Source of the DNA: Vicugna vicugna
Taxonomy: Eukaryota
Length of the DNA stretch: 64,000 nucleotides
NCBI GenBank assembly: GCA_013265495.1
Contig: MU058769.1
Location: forward strand, 582,477 to 646,476
Reading direction: 5' to 3'
Shown here: positions 40,177-56,398 of the stretch, piece after piece
How positions within the stretch are numbered: the stretch's first letter is position 1
How the letters are laid out: each line of letters begins with the position of its first letter
Program-made: the position numbers and the translations under genes
Notes under the pieces: generated by a model
What the model was told of the DNA's origin: nothing
Database searches by the model: none
Seen by the model: only the letters and a program-made list of their open reading frames with translations

Positions 40177-42514
40177 TCAGGTGTGATGATGTATGAAGAT
40201 ACACTTCCTTCTGGAACACTGTGGGAATCAAAGACAAATGTTAGCCATTTTTGGAAGGGAGGGGCAGGTTCTTTTATCTTCCGCTTCCTACTGGTCCTTC
40301 TTACATCCTGTCCTATAGAGTATGGATAGTTATTGGTCCCTGTAGCCATTTCCAAGGACAGAGAAGAGCCTGACTTCCTTTATTTTTAGTTGCTGACATC
40401 TGTAGTACTGATTACATAATAGCAAAATCGTGGCCAACTCAGCTTTCTCTAAATTCAAGGCAGGGTTCAAACCTGCCAGGGTAAGGACTGGACTACAGGG
40501 GAGGAAACAAATCAAGTGGCCTTTTCCTAATTCCATTCCCACACTGACATCCTCCAAATGTGTATTTCCAGCCTGGACCTCCCAACTCTTAGCTGCTTAC
40601 TTGCCATTCTCCTTTTGGATATTGAATAGGCGTCTCACACTTAACATGCCCAAAGACAAACTCCTGCTAATCTTCCCCTTCCAAAGTCTTTCCCATTTCA
40701 GTATACAGCAGCTTTAGTTGCTTGAGCCAAAAACCTTGGTATTGTCCTTAATTCCTCTCTGACACCCCACAATCCAATCCAGATCGGCAGCAAAATTTCT
40801 AAACTCATTCTTCAAAACCCCAGAATCTTCTCACCAACGCAGAAGTCCCTTGACTGCAGGTCTCCCAGTTTCTGCTCCTGCCACCCTTCCCAGAGTCTAT
40901 TCACAACAGCCGCCAAAGTGAGCCTGTTAAAACTTAAGCCAGGTCGTGTCACTCCTCTGTTCAAAACCTTCTAATTTCACACCTGTAAAAGGCTAAAGTC
41001 CTTAAAATGGCTTAGAAGGCCGGACACAGTCTGTTCTTTCCTTGCCCTGCTTTTCTCACTGGCCACTCTCCACTCTCCCCCTTGCTCACTCTATTCCAGC
41101 CAACCAGCCTCCAATTCCCTAGATACTATGCAGGCTCCCACCTTGGGACTTCTACTCTTGCTGTTCCTTCTCCTGGAAAGCTCTTCCACATATCTTTTTG
41201 CATGGCTTACTGCCTTGCCTCTTTTTAGGTCTTTCAATTTAAATGTCACCTCAGTGAGGGGATCCCTGACCACCCAATGTAAACTGTAACCTCCACGCAG
41301 CATTCTCCACCCTTCTGTGCTTTAGTTTTTTTGCGTGGCACTTAAGTATTTGCTTAGTCTACTCTTCCCACTGTAAGCTCTGTGAGAGCAGAGCTTTTTT
41401 CCTCTCTTGTTCATGGATGTATCCTGGGCCCCAAACTGAATGGCTCATAGTAGGTGCTAGTTAAGTATTTGTTAGGAATGAATGGATAAATTCTCTCCAA
41501 TCCCTCAAAGGGAAAGAACGAAGCCCAGAGGCAGAGAGGCAGCTGCCTATCCCTGGAGACTGTAGATGCAATATCGTCCTGAGTGTTTCTCTGCAGGGCT
41601 GTCCTCCCTGGGGGACCCTCCTTGCCTTCCAGTGTGTGGGACGTAGCTTTCATCAGCAGTGGAGCCCCGGGCCAGAGGGCTGCGGAGCCAAGCAGGGGGC
41701 TAGCCTGATGCAATGGTTACACGGAGATTAGATGGAGACAGGACAAGGAGAAAGAGGCAGGGACCGATCCCAGGGGAAGGACAATCCACTGGGGAGACCC
41801 CAAATGGCTTCCCATACTTAAAAGATCCAGGATGCTCTCTTGTGCAGGAGGCCCAGGGGCCTCTGCGGGAAAAGGAAAACCCATCACCACCTGTCCATCA
41901 ACACCCTTTTCCCAAAAGCTTATGTCAGTCTCCTTAAGGTTCTGTTCTCTGCAAGGGTGCAGAATGAATGTCCTGCGGAGAATCCAGAAGCCCAAGTTAC
42001 TGACGTGGCCATACAGGCCCTGAGACGCGGCGGAAAGAGGATTAGGGGTGGGGTAGGGCCGCTGTTGGCAAAACGGCGGCAGCGGCCTGAGCCACGGGTT
42101 CTCGGCGCGGGGGTGTGTCCTGCTGCCCCGCCTCCCACCGGACCGGCCTAACTAGGAGACCTTGGGTCAGCAACGCGAGAATAAACCTCCCAAGGGCGGC
42201 TGCATAGAACAGCATAGAGCAGGGCCTGTACTCGGGCAGGGATGGAGTGATGCTGTCGCGCGAAGGAAGAAGGGTCTGTGAGCACCACTTCAGAATAAAG
42301 GATTCTCCTCATCCCTCCCCCGGACGGTCACTTAACTTCATCGTGGAGGAGGTGGGGCCACATCCTAAAGAGCGGATGCCCTAACTTTGAGAGGACAACT
42401 GGTGTCGCGAGGATGGGAGGGTAAAAGGTAGAGGGGGGAATCAGTACTCGCCTCTCTCCTCAGGTTCCGGCTCTGATTTTGGCTCTGTCGCTGCCACCCG
42501 CTCATCTTCAACAT
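40177..42514 (-). CDS. DDIT3 inhibitory upstream ORF, 34 aa, spliced
   Basis: 42514-42452 joined via a GC-AG intron to 40218-40177 gives MLKMSGWQRQSQNQSRNLRRECSRRKCIFIHHHT*, matching the known CHOP uORF peptide including the IFI motif. Confidence 0.9.
40540..41490 (+). mobile_element. L2 LINE 3' part in DDIT3 intron 1
   Basis: TCTCACACTTAACATGCCCAAA..AAATGTCACCTCAGTGAGG..CTGTAAGCTCTGTGAGAGCAG..ATAGTAGGTGCT..AAGTATTTGTTAGGAATGAATG canonical L2 3' end. Confidence 0.8.
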
Positions 42515-42559
42515 GGTATACCCTATGCCTTAGACTCAAGCCTCTGACCTCCGTAGCTC

Positions 42560-42870
42560 GGAGCAGAGATCTTTTAACGTGGCCTTGTCTTCCTCTCGGG
42601 GGCGGATCCAGAAGCCTACCAATCAGAAGGCGGCACGCCGGCGTTGGCCCCGCCTCATTCCTTACATCCGCCACTCAGGAGCCCCGTGGCACCGCCCCCC
42701 CGCTCCCTCCCGCTTGGGGGTCGACTTGGTGTTGGACCCGGAAGTGGCTTTGGGTCACGAGGCTTCGCGGAGGAGGTGAGTGAGTCATGCGCGCGCGCGG
42801 AGGGGAGAGCTGGAGGGGGGAGGGGAGGAAAGGGAGGGGGCGGGGATGATGCAATGTTTGGCAACCGGTG
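42560..42870 (-). promoter_or_regulatory. DDIT3 stress-responsive promoter (TATA-like, ERSE, AP-1, AARE)
   Basis: TTAAAA 42572-42577(-); ERSE-like CCAAT-N9-GCACG 42619-42637; ETS CCGGAAGT about 42738; TGAGTCA 42781-42787; C/EBP-ATF site ATTGCATCA 42847-42855(-). Confidence 0.88.
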
Positions 42871-44366
42871 TCTGTACGCGCACGCGCAGGGGACTACCGA
42901 GGGTGGTGGGAGGTGCGGGGGGGGCGGTGGGGGAGAGGAGAGAGGGCGGGGCGCCAGCTCCGGGCACCCAACAGCGCCAACGGCTATCGACTGTGGTTGC
43001 CCCTAGGCTGCGGTGTGAAGCCTTACTGTAGCTTGTCTCCCTCAGGAGCTCTTGTTCTGCCCACCTGGCTTAGCCCGCGTTTTACTTCCTCCATAAGGAG
43101 CTCCCGTTTTCTTTGGCCCCCTCGCTCCTAGCTAATGGACACAGGTCTTTTAAACCTCTTTTCTTTGAAAATTTGCATTCGTCCACCAGGATTGTTTGCA
43201 TCTTCTCGAGTCCTCTAAAAGGGATCTTCTCTTTTAGCCCCGGACTCCCCCTAAAAGGGCCGAAGAACTTGAATCCCCCTGATAGTCATTTTCAGCTCCT
43301 CTCTGAAGAGCACCCTTAGACTTTTATCTTTGTAATGTTTCTGATGAGCCTTCAGCATGCCAGAATTCCTCCTCTTTGCCGGGTGGACTCGAGTCCCACT
43401 ATTTCTCCCTATCATTTCCCACCGCGGTGCTTTCGTGCCCTTCACTGAAGACCAGGCCCGCCCTTTTCACTGCTAGATCAGCCAGTCCTGTGACTGCCGG
43501 CTGTGATGAGCCAAGCACAGGCCGCCTGCCTTATAGGTGCTTGGGCTACAGTAGAGCCTTGTTGCCTGGAACACTGCGTGCACCTGAGCGCACGACTGCT
43601 TTGGACTCGGTTGTCAGGAGCCCACATTCTAGACTCAGCTGTCCCTCACTTGCTCAGGGCTCCTAGGCCAGCCACCTAATCTCTCCCTGCCTCACCGGTC
43701 TCGTTCGTAAATGAGAGATAATGAGTTGTGGAGGTAAAATGAGAGAACTATGAACTTGGAGACAGCGTGAACGAAAGTGAAAAGCACCATGTAAAATGCA
43801 AAGTATTTTTCTAGTGCCATTAGGTAGAAAACATGTGGTGGCCTGTTAGGTATCCTGTCATACCCTCATGGGGGAGCCAGAATTTGTCCTAAGTAGAAAC
43901 TGTCACAAGGCCGGTTGTGGCTAGATGGCAGGTATAGGCGGTGGTGTGACGGTGACAGGTCCTTAGCCAGGCCTGCACCATTGCTCCAGACCTCCATTTC
44001 TCCTTCTGTAAATGGGGGTGGGGTAGGTTGGACGGACCAGATGGTCTCGCCTGGCCCAAAGACACGGCCAGGTTGTCAGTGACAGCCAGAGGTCATGTGA
44101 CTTGACAGGCCGAGATCGTGTTGTGACATGCTGACCTGGGGAGGCGGGTCAAGTCCCAGCACACTACCCGGGAAGCCTTTGAGGCGGGGCAGGGCAAGTC
44201 GCGACTTTCATCTTTTGGGGCCGGCTCCTCCCGGACCTGGCATTCCTGGCTCCCCCAGCAGATTGTGGTTTCGGAGGGGGCCCCCTCCCCGGGGAGGGCT
44301 GGGATTGGCCACCAGTGGCTGGGGAAGAGGCTCGGATCCTTCCGCGGGAGGCGGGGGTGGGGGGGC

Positions 44367-44783
44367 NNNNNNNNNNNNNNNNNNNNNNNNNNNNNNNNNN
44401 NNNNNNNNNNNNNNNNNNNNNNNNNNNNNNNNNNNNNNNNNNNNNNNNNNNNNNNNNNNNNNNNNNNNNNNNNNNNNNNNNNNNNNNNNNNNNNNNNNNN
44501 NNNNNNNNNNNNNNNNNNNNNNNNNNNNNNNNNNNNNNNNNNNNNNNNNNNNNNNNNNNNNNNNNNNNNNNNNNNNNNNNNNNNNNNNNNNNNNNNNNNN
44601 NNNNNNNNNNNNNNNNNNNNNNNNNNNNNNNNNNNNNNNNNNNNNNNNNNNNNNNNNNNNNNNNNNNNNNNNNNNNNNNNNNNNNNNNNNNNNNNNNNNN
44701 NNNNNNNNNNNNNNNNNNNNNNNNNNNNNNNNNNNNNNNNNNNNNNNNNNNNNNNNNNNNNNNNNNNNNNNNNNNNNNNNNNN
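44367..44783. other. Assembly gap (417 N) in a GC-rich island, probably covering MBD6 exon 1/promoter
   Basis: Run of N flanked by G-runs and C-runs. Confidence 0.95.
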
Positions 44784-45697
44784 CCCCCGCCCTCACCTGC
44801 CCCCACCGTTTTCTCTCTCTCACCACTTGACTTTTGCCTTCTTCACCTCCCTCCCCTCAATGCTTCGCCCACCCTCCGCCCGCCCTCTCCCCAAGTTCCT
44901 TCCTACTTCGTGCGCCTTCCCCTCCTCCTCAAGCTGAGGGAAGCAGGCTGGGTGACAGGGCGCCTTGTTATGAGAGGAAAGTTTAGAAGCCGCTGGTGTG
45001 GGGTGGTAGCGATGGTAAGGTTGGGGAGGATATTTGCAGGTTTGTGGGACGTCCCCATATATCACAGGAGAATCTCTCTTGGAGCTAATTTGAAGTCAGT
45101 GGACAGGAGGTGCTGAATCCCCTTGTCTTAGGCTGGGGGAAAATCAGGAGCTTCTGAGAATCGTAGGAGAAGACAGAGCTGTGATTCCAACCTTCCTTAA
45201 GACCCAAATGAACTAGATCAGTGATTGTCTAATGGAGCCAGGCATGGGGGGAGTTACGCTGGTACCACCCCAGCGGGCAGTTGGGCAATTGTCTGGTGAC
45301 CTGTGGGGCAATCTGTACTTTTTATATGATCTTCCTGAGGGGAAGGGAACAGCGGGGTCAGACTTTGGGAAACTTCCTAGTAGCCTGATGTTATGGGAAT
45401 TAGCCCACACTCCTGGGTGATGGCTTCTGTCCTCGATGGGACAAAGGGGCCTTGCCCTTTTATGTCTAGGGATTGGGCTGTGATTCCTTGGTCCCTGGGA
45501 GTTGAGGCTTTGACCTCTGGTCCCTAGGGGCTGGACATGAAAAGGATGGTTGTGGACTCGGTGGGCAGATTCCTGGGATCTTTAATGGGCAGTGACCTCA
45601 TATTATTAAGGATCTTTCCTTTGAGAGTGTCCTAGGCTGTGGTACTCTCCTAGGTTGGGCAGATTTCTTATGGTCCCTTGTCTCTTCTGTGTTGCAG

Positions 45698-45761
45698 GTG
45701 TGGGCTAAGCCGGCGGCCCCGGCCTTAGACTGGACCCCACAATGTTTGCAGAGATGTTCAG
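45698..45761 (+). other. MBD6: MBD6 non-coding 5'UTR exon
   Basis: TCTCTTCTGTGTTGCAG acceptor and CAG|GTAGCC donor just upstream of the ATG exon (45939-46075). Confidence 0.6.
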
Positions 45762-45962
45762 GTAGCCATGGTGGGATGGCAGAGGGTTTCTTCCTCATTC
45801 TCGCTCTCAGCTGAGGGTTTCATCTTGCCCCCAAGTTCTCTTGGGTCTCCCCACAACCTTTGCCTTTCTGGAGTATTCCCTCAGGTACCCAGCCCAGTTT
45901 AATCCTCCTAATGCCCACATGGATGTCTGTGTTATCAGGCACGTGGGAGCTGATTACACACA

Positions 45963-48900
45963 ATGAATGGGGGCAATGAGAGCAGTGGAGCAGACAGAGC
46001 TGGGGGCCCTGTGGCCACATCTGTCCCCATCGGCTGGCAGCGCTGTGTTCGAGAGGGTGCTGTGCTCTATATCAGGTACAGCTCCCCAGAGTTCCCCAGT
46101 TTCTATCCCCAGGCGCTTCAGTTGCCTAAGTTATTTCTCTCCCACCTGTCCTCTCAAATGCCATATCTCTAGTGCCCTATTCCTCTCTTCTGTCTGTTTT
46201 CCTCCCTCAGCCTTTTTGCTCTATCTCAGGCTCTTTGAATCTGTTCTCCTTGTCTCTTCCCTACTCTCTGCTTTCCTAGGAAGGTCTTTGACTAATGAAC
46301 TGTCCTTTAAGAGTGTCTCCCAATTCAGTGATCCATACTCTCTGATCCTGTCCTCTCCCAGCCCAAGTGGCACAGAGCTGTCTTCCTTGGAGCAAACCCG
46401 GAGCTACCTCCTCAGCGATGGGACCTGCAAGTGCGGTCTGGAGTGTCCACTCAATGTCCCCAAGGTCAGAGTGATGAGCAGTGCCAGAGTACAGGGATAA
46501 GCTGAGAGACTTAATGCAAATCACTGACTGTGGCAGCCCTTCTCAGAGATTCCACCTCTTCAGGGTCCCTGTCTATGCCTTCTACCTTACAGGTTTTCAA
46601 CTTTGACCCTTTGGCCCCGGTGACCCTGGGTGGGGCTGGGGTGGGGCCAACATCAGAGGAGGACATGACCAAGCTGTGCAACCACCGGCGGAAAGCCGTT
46701 GCCATGGCAACTCTATACCGCAGCATGGAGACCACCTGCTCACACTCTTCTCCTGGTGAGTTTTCTCCACTCTATGGAAGACTGAGGAAAACTGAAGGGC
46801 CTGGAAGAGGGATGGTGGGAGGAGCTCTGTGAGAGGGAGCAAGAGAAGGGTGGAGTGGGGAGCTGCTTGGTGAGAGGCGGGCACAGGGAGGCTGGGAATT
46901 CATGGGAGAAGGGATGGAGAAAACAAAAGAAAGTTCCTGGAAGGGGAACCACAGGTTGATCCTTCTTTTCTCATTTATTGCAGGAGAGGGAGCGAGCCCC
47001 CAAATGTTCCACACTGTGTCCCCAGGGCCTCCCTCTGTCCGCCCTCCGTGTCGAGTCCCTCCTACAACTCCACTTAATGGGGGTCCTGGCTCCCTTCCCC
47101 CAGAACCACCCTCAGTTCCACAGGCCTTCCCCTCCCCTCTAACAGGCCCTGGGGGGCTCTTCCCACAGCCAAGGCTTCCTGACCCAGTCCCCTCTGGAGG
47201 CAGCAGCAGCCCCTGTTTCCTCCCAAGAGGCAATGCCCCCTCTCCAGCTCCACCTCCTCCACCTGCTATCAGCCTCAATGCCCCCTCATACAGCTGGGGA
47301 GCTGCCCTCCGATCCAGCCTGGTGCCCCCTGACTTGGGTTCTCCTCCAGCCCCCCATGTCTCCTCCTCACCACCTTCTGACCCTCCTCTCTTCCACTGTA
47401 GTGATGCCTTAACACCCTCTCCCCTGCCCCCAAGCAATAATCTCCCTGGTCCCCCAGCTCCCCCTGGTCCTGCCACTCAGCCACCAGTGTCTTCAGCCAC
47501 TATGCACCTGCCCCTGGTCCTGGGGCCCCTGGGAGGGGTCCCCACGGTGGAGGGGCCTGGGGCACCCCCCTTCCTTGCTAGCAGCCTACTCTCTGCAGCG
47601 GCCAAGGCACAGCACCCCCCGCTCCCCTCTCCCAGCACTTTACAGGGCCGAAGGCCCCGTGCCCAGGCGCCCTCAGCTTCCCACTCCTCATCACCCCGTC
47701 CCTCTCAGCGTCGTCCCCGCCGACCCCCAACTGTATTGCGTTTGCTAGAAGGGGGAGGCCCTCAAGCCCCTAGACGGAGCCGTCCTCGGGCCCCTGCTCC
47801 TGCCCCCCAACCCTTTCCTCTCCCTGAGCCATCCCAACCAATTCTCCCTTCTGTGCTGTCCCTGCTGGGACTTCCCACCCCTGGCCCTTCCCACTCTGAT
47901 GGAAGCTTTAACCTTTTGGGGTCAGATGCACACCTTCCTCCTCCCCCAACCCTCTCCTCAGGGAGCCCTCCCCAGCCCAGGCACCCCATCCCACCCTCCC
48001 TGCCTGGGACCACCAGTGGCAGCCTCAGCAGTGTGCCAGGTATGTGAGTGTGGTACATCTCTTCCTCTGCTGGCTGGAAAGAGGCAGCCAGGGCACTTCT
48101 GGGGAGAATTTAGAGAGCTCTGTGGAGGTTTTCTGGGTTGGGGGCAGGGAGGTTGGATGCTGGGAGAAAGGGCCGTCTTTGAGCTGAACCTCTCTTTTCC
48201 TTTCCAGGTGCCCCTGCCCCACCAGCTGCCTCCAAAGCCCCCCTAGTCCCCAGCCCTGTGCTTCAAAGCCCAACCGAAGGGCTCGGGATGGGGGCGGGCC
48301 CAGCCTGCCCTCTGCCTCCCCTGGCTGGTGGGGAGGCTTTCCCTTTCCCCAGCCCTGAGCAGGGCCTGGCGCTGAGTGGAGCCGGCTTCCCAGGGATGCT
48401 AGGGGCCTTGCCTCTCCCTCTGAGTCTGGGTCAACCTCCACCTTCTCCTTTGCTCAGCCACAGTTTATTTGGCGTGCTGGCTGGGGGAGGGGGACAACCT
48501 CCCCCTGAGCCCCTGCTACCCCCACCAGGGGGACCTGGCCCTCCCCTAGCCCCAGGCGAGCCCGAAGGGCCTTCGCTTTTGGTGGCATCCCTGCTTCCAC
48601 CAGCCCCCTCAGACCTTCTTCCACCCCCTTCTGCACCTCCTAGCAACCTCCTTGCCTCTTTCCTACCCCTGTTGGCCCTGGGCCCCACAGCTGGGGATGG
48701 GGAGGGATCTACAGAGGGAGCCGGGGGTCCAAGTGGGGACACATTTTCAGGTTTGGGAGACCTGCCCCCTCTACTGTTCCCCCCACTTTCAGCCCCCCCC
48801 ACCCTCATAGCTTTAAATTCTGCGCTGCTGGCTGCCAGCCTGGATCCCCCCTCGGGGACACCCCCCCAGGTGAGGATAGTGGATGAGTGGGTGGGTTAGA

Positions 48901-50824
48901 ACAAGAGGTAGAATCAGAAATGGGAGCTGGGAATCAAAGGCTTTGTTTCACATCTGAGCTCTTCCTTAGGGCCTTTGGGGAGGGCTTATTTCTTAGCTGG
49001 GGGCAGGATGGCTGCAAGAAGTGGGTCTGTATTTAATAAACCTGGTCGACTTCACGTGAGGCTTCAGTGAGACTGTGTGTAAATTCTATAAATTTATTGA
49101 CTGCTTTACACATGTAAGTGTTATAACCATTCTTTTTCCTTAGCCCTGTGTCCTGAGTGCCCCCCAACCTGGACCACCTACCTCCAGTGTCACCACGGCA
49201 ACTACTGACCCGGGGGCCTCCTCTCTGGGCAAGGCCCCCTCCAACTCAGGGAGACCCCCCCAACTCCTTAGCCCTCTGCTGAGTGCCAGCCTGCTGGGTG
49301 AGTCTGAGGGAAGACTTTGGTATGGCAAAGAAGAAAGGAAGCAGGCAAAGTTGGGAGTAGAAATTGGGGAAGAAAGCCTTTTGACCACTGGGTAAAGCCT
49401 ACTTGGTGTGCCTAGGGAGACCCCTGACTTTGTAATTCCCCAACAGGTGACTTGTCTTCGCTGACCAGCAGCCCTGGAACCCTCCCCAGTCTGTTGCAGC
49501 CTCCTGGTCCTCTTCTCTCTGGCCAGTTGGGACTGCAGCTCCTCCCTGGGGGGGCAGCTCCTCCACCCCTCTCAGAGGCTTCTAGTCCCCTAGCCTGCCT
49601 GCTACAGAGTCTCCAGGTGAGCGTGTGGGTGGGTGCTTGTTAGGAAGAGAATTTTTTCCCAAACTGGAAATGTAGACGTTTTGAGTTATAGTAGCAAAGG
49701 GCTCATGTTTGAGACTGACCAACATTTTCCTTTTTGCCTGCAGATCCCTCCAGAGCAGCCAGAAGCCCCCTGTCTGCCCCCTGAGAGCCCCACCTCAGCC
49801 CTTGAACCGGAGCCTGCCCGGCCTCCCCTCAGTGCCTTAGCCCCACCCCACGGTTCTCCCGACCCCCCAGTCCCTGAGCTGCTCACTGGGAGGGGGTCAG
49901 GGAAACGGGGCCGGAGGGGAGGAGGCGGACTTAGGGGCATTAATGGTGAGGCCAGGCCAGGCCGGGGCCGAAAGCCTGGCAGCCGGCGGGAGCCTGGCCG
50001 ACTGGCCCTCAAGTGGGGGGCACGTGGTGGCTTCAATGGACAAATGGAACGGTCCCCAAGAAGGACCCACCACTGGCAGCATAATGGGGAGCTGGCTGAA
50101 GGGGGTGCTGAGCCCAAGGATCCATCCCCTCCTGGGCCCCATTCTGAGGACCTTAAGGTGAGTGCAGAGTGATGGAGGTCCAGGCACAAGGGCTCTAAGG
50201 AAAGGCTGAGGCCAGGGTGCCTTTTCCTACACACAGAGTCCATCTTTTTTCAGGTGCCCCCAGGGGTAGTCAGAAAGTCTCGTCGTGGCCGGAGGAGAAA
50301 ATACAAGTGAGTATGGGGCCTACCACAATCCTGGCCTTTCCCTACTTCTTGTTGCGTTTATAGAAATACCTGAAGAGGGACTTGGGTTTCAGAAAGGCAG
50401 ATACTAACTTGAGTGTGAATCAGGATATTATGCCGTTACTATCCAAATGGAGAAAGTTTCCCACTCCAACTCTGAAGTTCACCTGATGCTCAGAAAGGTG
50501 TTCCTGATTATCTGTGCCCTTGTTGCAGCCCTACTCGGAACAGCAACAGCTCCCGCCAGGACGTTACCTTGGACCCCAGCCCCACAACCCGAGTAAGTGT
50601 GCATCGCCATGTGGGTGACCGTGGTGGGTAGGAGTGTATAAAAGGGATGAGGCAGGAGGAGAAGAAGGTTAGAGGGAGAGGGGAGAAAATAAAGGACTTC
50701 TTGATGCCTAGCTGTTTGATCACTTCTTTCAACTTCCCCTCCTGTATAGGCGGCTGTCCCTCTGCCTCCCCGGGCCCGCCCTGGCCGTCCTGCCAAAAAC
50801 AAGAGGAGGAAACTGGCCCCATAG
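45963..50824 (+). CDS. MBD6: Methyl-CpG-binding domain protein 6, 11 coding exons, 1008 aa
   Basis: Exons: 45963-46075, 46362-46464, 46593-46755, 46984-48039, 48208-48869, 49144-49297, 49447-49616, 49744-50157, 50254-50306, 50529-50592, 50750-50824; total 3027 nt. N-terminal MBD ([35 protein letters not shown]), long Pro-rich region, basic C-terminus KNKRRKLAP. Confidence 0.96.
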
Positions 50825-51894
50825 CAGCCATACCTGGAGCTGGATCTGACCCTGATTGGGGAGAGCTGAGTGCTGAGCCTTGGGAGCCCCTGCCAGCCAC
50901 CTGCACCTGTGGACAGTGGGTGGGGGCACTACTCCCCACTCGGAGCACAAATGCAACCCCTTCTCCCACAATCCCATCCTGAGCCATTGCAGGGGGTAGG
51001 GAAGCTCACCCCCTCCCCCCCAAAGCCATGTCACTGAAAAGGCCTGGGGGGGGTGGTATATGGCCCTCTCCCCACCAGGCTAAGGGGAACACCCCCTTCC
51101 CCAGGTCTTTTATTTGTTTAAGTTATTTTTGCACAAATGACTCTTTTATATTTAATTCGACTTCATTGCCTCCCTTCTTGAAGCCAGCAGGCTCAGTTTA
51201 CAAACCTGTGAGCTTCTGTTGGCTGCTGCCCTCCTTCCCAGTGAAAGGTACAAAGCAATAAGCATCATGCATCCTCCCCTCACCCCTACAACACCCCTCT
51301 GCCTCTGGCTCAGGTTGCTCAAAGCACAGATCCCCTTTTACCCCTGTCCCCAGGTTTGAAACACATAGCCTCATTTCAAGGTGTAGCCAGCTTCCCTCTA
51401 CTTTCCTCTGGGATATAAAAAGGGGGTAAGGGGGCAAAGAGAGCCCTCCGGGTCTCGCCTCCCATACACACTACACTGCCCCTTCTCCCCCCATCAAAAC
51501 GCTCAGAGACGTTGTGACGATGCGACTGAGGATTATGCAACGTGGTCCAACCGGAGCGGCCAGCATGACCAGCTGTCCAGGGGCTGCCTCCTGCCTTTTC
51601 TTTTGTAAAGACAAGACCCTTGGGAGTTTTAATTCTGTTTTGTACTTGCCCTGTGGGGCCTCCACTGCTTTTCTATGGGAGACACTCTTAATTTAACAGA
51701 TGAGAATATTTTGAAACTCTGGTTCTGACTCTGTCCTCATTTTTTCCTTAGTTCTTTGGTAAGAACAGGTTACAATTTAAATCCTTTTCTGGTAATAGAG
51801 AGTGGCTCAGACTGCCTGTTACGCTGTGAATGTCTGTCTCTCAGTGCTGCCTCTTCCCCAGGAAACAGCAGAGGCCGCGCAGAGTACAACAGCA

Positions 51895-51900
51895 TTTAAT
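51895..51900 (-). terminator. DCTN2 polyadenylation signal ATTAAA
   Basis: TTTAAT on + strand about 350 nt past the DCTN2 stop. Confidence 0.65.
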
Positions 51901-52246
51901 GGTCAGAAACAGTTGTACATTATTACAGTCAGCCACAGAAATTGTGCTGGAGGACACGACCCAGTCCTTCCCCACACCAGGCAAAGCAGTACTGGACAGG
52001 AGCTGGCATGTGGCTGGACCCACGTCCTCATCTCTGTGGCCTGAGGGGAGACCATCTAACATCCCCCAGCTACCACTCTACTCTTCAGAGGAGGGGAGTA
52101 AGCCCCACATGCAAGAAGATCCCCTTGCCCCCAGTGTCAAATGGGATGGGGTTGCAAGAGTTATGATTAAGGGGAAACCCTGTGTCAGGTGTTAACGGAG
52201 TTTAAAGGGGTACAGGTTACCCCTGTTCTCCACCTCCCAAAGGTGC

Positions 52247-56398
<4,152 letters not shown>

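Noticed and set aside
44093..45116. Long ORFs containing X runs
   Set aside because: Artefacts of translating through the N gap.
46772..50243. Gly-rich minus-strand ORFs
   Set aside because: Antisense shadows of Pro-rich MBD6 exons.
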